Positions 62,579-64,000 of a DNA stretch of 64,000 bases are shown one piece after another (within the stretch, counting starts at the first letter, position 1; each line of letters starts with the position of its first letter). The position numbers were made by a program, and so were the translations under genes. The DNA is taken from the sequence record OL780484.1; one strand, 5' to 3'. The notes under the pieces were generated by a model. The model saw only the letters and a program-made list of their open reading frames with translations, was not told the origin of the DNA and searched no databases. The DNA is from Escherichia phage vB_EcoM-E33.

Positions 62579-63441
62579 GGGTTTCTCCTTGGTGCTGGAG
62601 GCGCTGGCTCGACAGGCACTGGAATATCTTGTGAATATGTTTGAATGGACTTACCGTCCCATTCTTTTTCTTCTACACCTCTAGGAACCACTTCGCTATC
62701 AACCGATTCGAAATTACCTTCAGGAGCGAGTTCCTTTGAGTTGGCAAAGAAATCAAGATAAATGGTTTTAATTTCGCCTTCCATTTCCTTCACAGGAGGA
62801 TATAACCAACCATTAACCTCAAACATCATAGACCACTCTAAGCGACGTCTAGAAGTGGTATCACCTTCTAATTGTTCATCCATTGCTATAGATTGGAACA
62901 CAATACGGATATCACGGTCAAATTTAATTTCGTTTGTATAGAGTTCAGTGATAGTTGTATTGAAGTGAGGTTGGAAATAAGGCATAATCTGTTCTACAAT
63001 TTGGAACATATCATCTTGGGTTCTAGTGTAAATACCCAGTTCGAAAATCATTTTAACCGGAGTAGGAGAATATTGGCTGACACGCTTACGTGGGTCGCCA
63101 TTCTCAAATTGAATTTGTGTTCTGTTTTGAAGGGCTGTTTTATATTGTGAGTTGTAAAGCATATCAACCATTTGGAGGTTCATACGCGGAAGAACTGTTT
63201 CCACTTTAGCTTTTTGTTCGGCCCGTTCTTTAGCTGTCATATTAGGATTTGGAATATTCTGTACTGCCGTCCATTTACCCAAATTTGCCATAAATCTTTC
63301 TTTAGAAGCATATGTAATAGGAACCTTAATAAATTTAAGTCCTGTATCTTCTCTTTGACGTGCTACTTGAACATGGGAAAATAAATCACCCATCAAAACA
63401 ATATAGCGACGTAGCGAACTATTATACCAATGTCCAAACAT
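62575..63441 (-). CDS. 15: Tail sheath stabiliser / tail completion protein gp15
   Basis: Start at ATG 63441 (MFGHWYNSS..., RBS GGAGG), as recalled for T4 gp15; the ORF-track start 63444 is a TTG. Confidence 0.9.
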
Positions 63442-63454
63442 CAAACCTCCTAAA

Positions 63455-63473
63455 ATGGCGCACCATGCGCCAT
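63455..63473 (-). terminator. Hairpin between genes 14 and 15
   Basis: On the minus strand ATGGCGCAtggTGCGCCAT then TTTT then GGAGG RBS and the gene 15 ATG. Confidence 0.55.
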
Positions 63474-63480
63474 GTATTAT

Positions 63481-64000
63481 TTAATCATCTAAAAAAGCAT
63501 CATCAAATGCTGTAGGAGGAGCATCCTCTCCTCGTCCATTAATTACAACATAAGGATGTACGAATTCCGCCGCTTCAGCATTAATCTCATTGACCTCTTC
63601 ATATTGAATGTCGGAGATATCAGCCAATCCGTCGATATTCTTAACAGGCATTAAATCAAGCTCACTAAACTCAGGGATATTAATACCTTCATTTCTCTGT
63701 AATTCAGGGCGAAGTTCTTCACCATTGTAAATGAACTTGGTAGCGGTGATGCGCCGCTGGACGTTAGCTCCTACTTGATAGAATGGGTCGTAAGGTTGTA
63801 CCCAGTTAATTTCGAATAGGCTGTTGTCCATTGGGAAATAAATCAAATCACCTGAAACAGGTTCAGTGCCATTGCATTGATGTTTAAAAAGGTTAGGGTT
63901 AATTGTGATTGTTACTTCATCATTAACCATCATACCGAACTTACTGAAATAAGTATTGTCACCGGAATAACCTTCAAAGGAATCCAAATAACCTGCAAAT
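63481..64000 (-). CDS. 14: Neck protein gp14, C-terminal part (gene continues past window end)
   Basis: Open reading frame runs to the window edge; position upstream of gene 15 as in T4. Confidence 0.8.
   Translation of the reverse strand, partial: FAGYLDSFEGYSGDNTYFSKFGMMVNDEVTITINPNLFKHQCNGTEPVSGDLIYFPMDNSLFEINWVQPYDPFYQVGANVQRRITATKFIYNGEELRPELQRNEGINIPEFSELDLMPVKNIDGLADISDIQYEEVNEINAEAAEFVHPYVVINGRGEDAPPTAFDDAFLDD

Overview
This window is a contiguous segment of a T4-like (T-even, Tevenvirinae-type) myovirus genome, in reverse orientation relative to the conventional T4 map. It runs from the N-terminal part of long-tail-fibre gene 37 through to neck gene 14. Gene order is almost perfectly syntenic with T4: 37-36-35-34 (minus strand), then a plus-strand early/middle block (rnh, dsbA, 33, 59, 32, frd, td, nrdA, nrdB, denA, rnlA, alc-like, spanins, pseT, cd, 31, rIII, 30.x-like small genes, DNA ligase, alt), then the baseplate hub genes 54-48-29-28-27-51 (minus), 26-25-uvsY (plus), uvsW (minus), inh-hoc-rnlB (plus), and the head/tail/packaging block 24-23-22-21-68-67-20-19-18-17-16-15-14 (minus). 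All identifications rest on my recall of T4 protein sequences and gene order plus motifs read from the ORF track; no database search was run. No rRNA, tRNA or CRISPR array was seen. Differences from T4 that I can see: (i) three tandem Alt-like ADP-ribosyltransferase genes where T4 has one; (ii) two tandem gene-24 (head vertex) paralogs; (iii) td and nrdB are uninterrupted, and the homing-endonuclease genes I recall at the 23/24, inh/uvsW and nrdA/nrdB junctions in T4 are absent; (iv) a NADAR-like plus HAD-like gene pair just upstream of DNA ligase; (v) many copies of a modular early promoter-leader cassette, several embedded in inverted repeats; (vi) overlapping divergent late promoters. I found no clearly novel multi-gene system; the most interesting candidates are the Alt triplication and the NADAR/HAD pair. 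Start codons were re-assigned where the ORF track began inside a promoter or at GTG/TTG.
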